From positions 2,394,517-2,440,458 of the forward strand of contig BFEA01000014.1 in NCBI GenBank assembly GCA_003427395.1: 45,942 nt of DNA. The letters run 5' to 3'. Shown piece after piece: positions 44,739-45,942 of the stretch. The stretch is from Chara braunii (Eukaryota > Plantae > Charophyceae). Each line of letters starts with the position of its first letter. Position 1 is the first letter of the stretch. The translations under genes were made by a program, and so were the position numbers. The notes under the pieces are model-generated. The model did not search any database, was not told the DNA's origin, and saw only the letters and a program-made list of their open reading frames with translations.

Positions 44739-45942
44739 TGCAGGCACTGCTGCAACAGAGGTTGGGCAACCGCTGCTGCAGCTCCATCTGCAACCAGCGC
44801 TGCAACAGCTGCTGCAGCTGCTGCTTCAACCACTGCTGCAGCAGAGCCTCCAGCAACGGCTGCGGCAGCACTGCCTTCAGCTGCTGCTGGCTACTGCTGG
44901 AGCACTCCTACCCTTTATGGGTCCTACTGTTGAGGGCTTCTGAACTCATCCTGTCAAATGAACACTTGGATTTTCATATAGCCATCACAGCTTCCTTATA
45001 GGTCTTTATTCATAAAAAATCCAACAGTTACTGTGTTTGTCTGTGCATTTCATACATGCGCGCTCAACTTGGCTACCAGCCTCTTTGAAGGTTCGAAAAG
45101 ATCTACACTTCTATGCAACCTTGAAACCAAATCTGATCTCCAACCTCTTAGGTGGCACTGCTGCTCTGTTTGCAATGGGGAAGTTTGTGAAGATAGGCGT
45201 TTTTATGATCGGCCTCATGCTTTCTAAGCACCAAGAAAGTGTAAGTCTAGGGGCCTTTGTAGACCTCTATAGGGTTCTGAGAGTACCAACAACCTACACG
45301 AAAAAAATGCAAAGACCTTTGTACACCTTTATAGGGTTCTGGGAGTACGAAGGTCTCTCCAGTCGATCAGACAAAAAAAGAGGAAGGTCTTTGAACTTAT
45401 TTCCTTTGTTTTTTTTTTTCCTTTGTGGAAAAAATCATATTTTTACAGTGCTGGGAAGACGGCCCAGCCTCCCTCACAACAATTTGCCTGGCCCGAAGGA
45501 GTGCGGCCGACATCAATTTCTTCCTTTTTTGACTGGCTGTTGTTGGAATACTACCATACTTAAAATGGGAAAATATTCAAGAGAAGAATAAAAGTGGAGG
45601 GAAAAGAAAAAGCAAAAGAAGAAAGAGGCTGGGGGAAAAAAATGGAAAAGAGAAAGAGGATGAGGTAAGATATGTTTCCAGTGAGCCAGCAAGATTGTCA
45701 TCATCCTTATCAAGACCACGGAATGTGAAAAGCCACTTGCATTCCAGATGTGGCAGGAAAGTTCACTTTCTTCCCAGCATATATCGAATACGAATTTTTT
45801 TTGGCCGAAAAAAAAAAAAAAGTTCACCTTCTTCTTGACATGAGGAAATGTCCCTCCCTCTATGAGGTTGAAATAATTGCATCTCAGTCAAAAAAAAATA
45901 AAAAATTGAAAGAAGGAACAACCCATCCCACTCAGCACCAGC

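Noticed and set aside
44322-45001. Ala/Gln/Cys-rich ORFs
   Set aside because: They arise from a CTG/CAG-rich low-complexity tract open in several frames, with no recognisable domain.

Overview
Eukaryotic, repeat-rich, gapped scaffold, most consistent with a streptophyte alga such as Chara (inferred from a plant-type MLO gene, the LINE load and abundant AG/AC microsatellites). The first ~36 kb is a cluster of at least six mutually divergent, decayed L1/Tx1-clade LINEs. Two are near full length (8248-17557 minus; ~23260-29222 plus). The cluster also holds short poly(A)-tailed 3' fragments, tRNA-derived SINE heads and several MITE/foldback elements. The one clear host gene is an MLO whose conserved core is one uninterrupted ORF (39178-40977 plus). 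The most notable signal is a ~53-nt motif found 8 times in full and 4 times as a half unit, in the sense 3' UTRs of different LINE families and at poly(A)-tailed fragments. It folds into two tandem H-type pseudoknots, with compensatory base changes in three of four stems. This suggests a shared structured 3' RNA element, either exonuclease-blocking or an RT-recognition signal.
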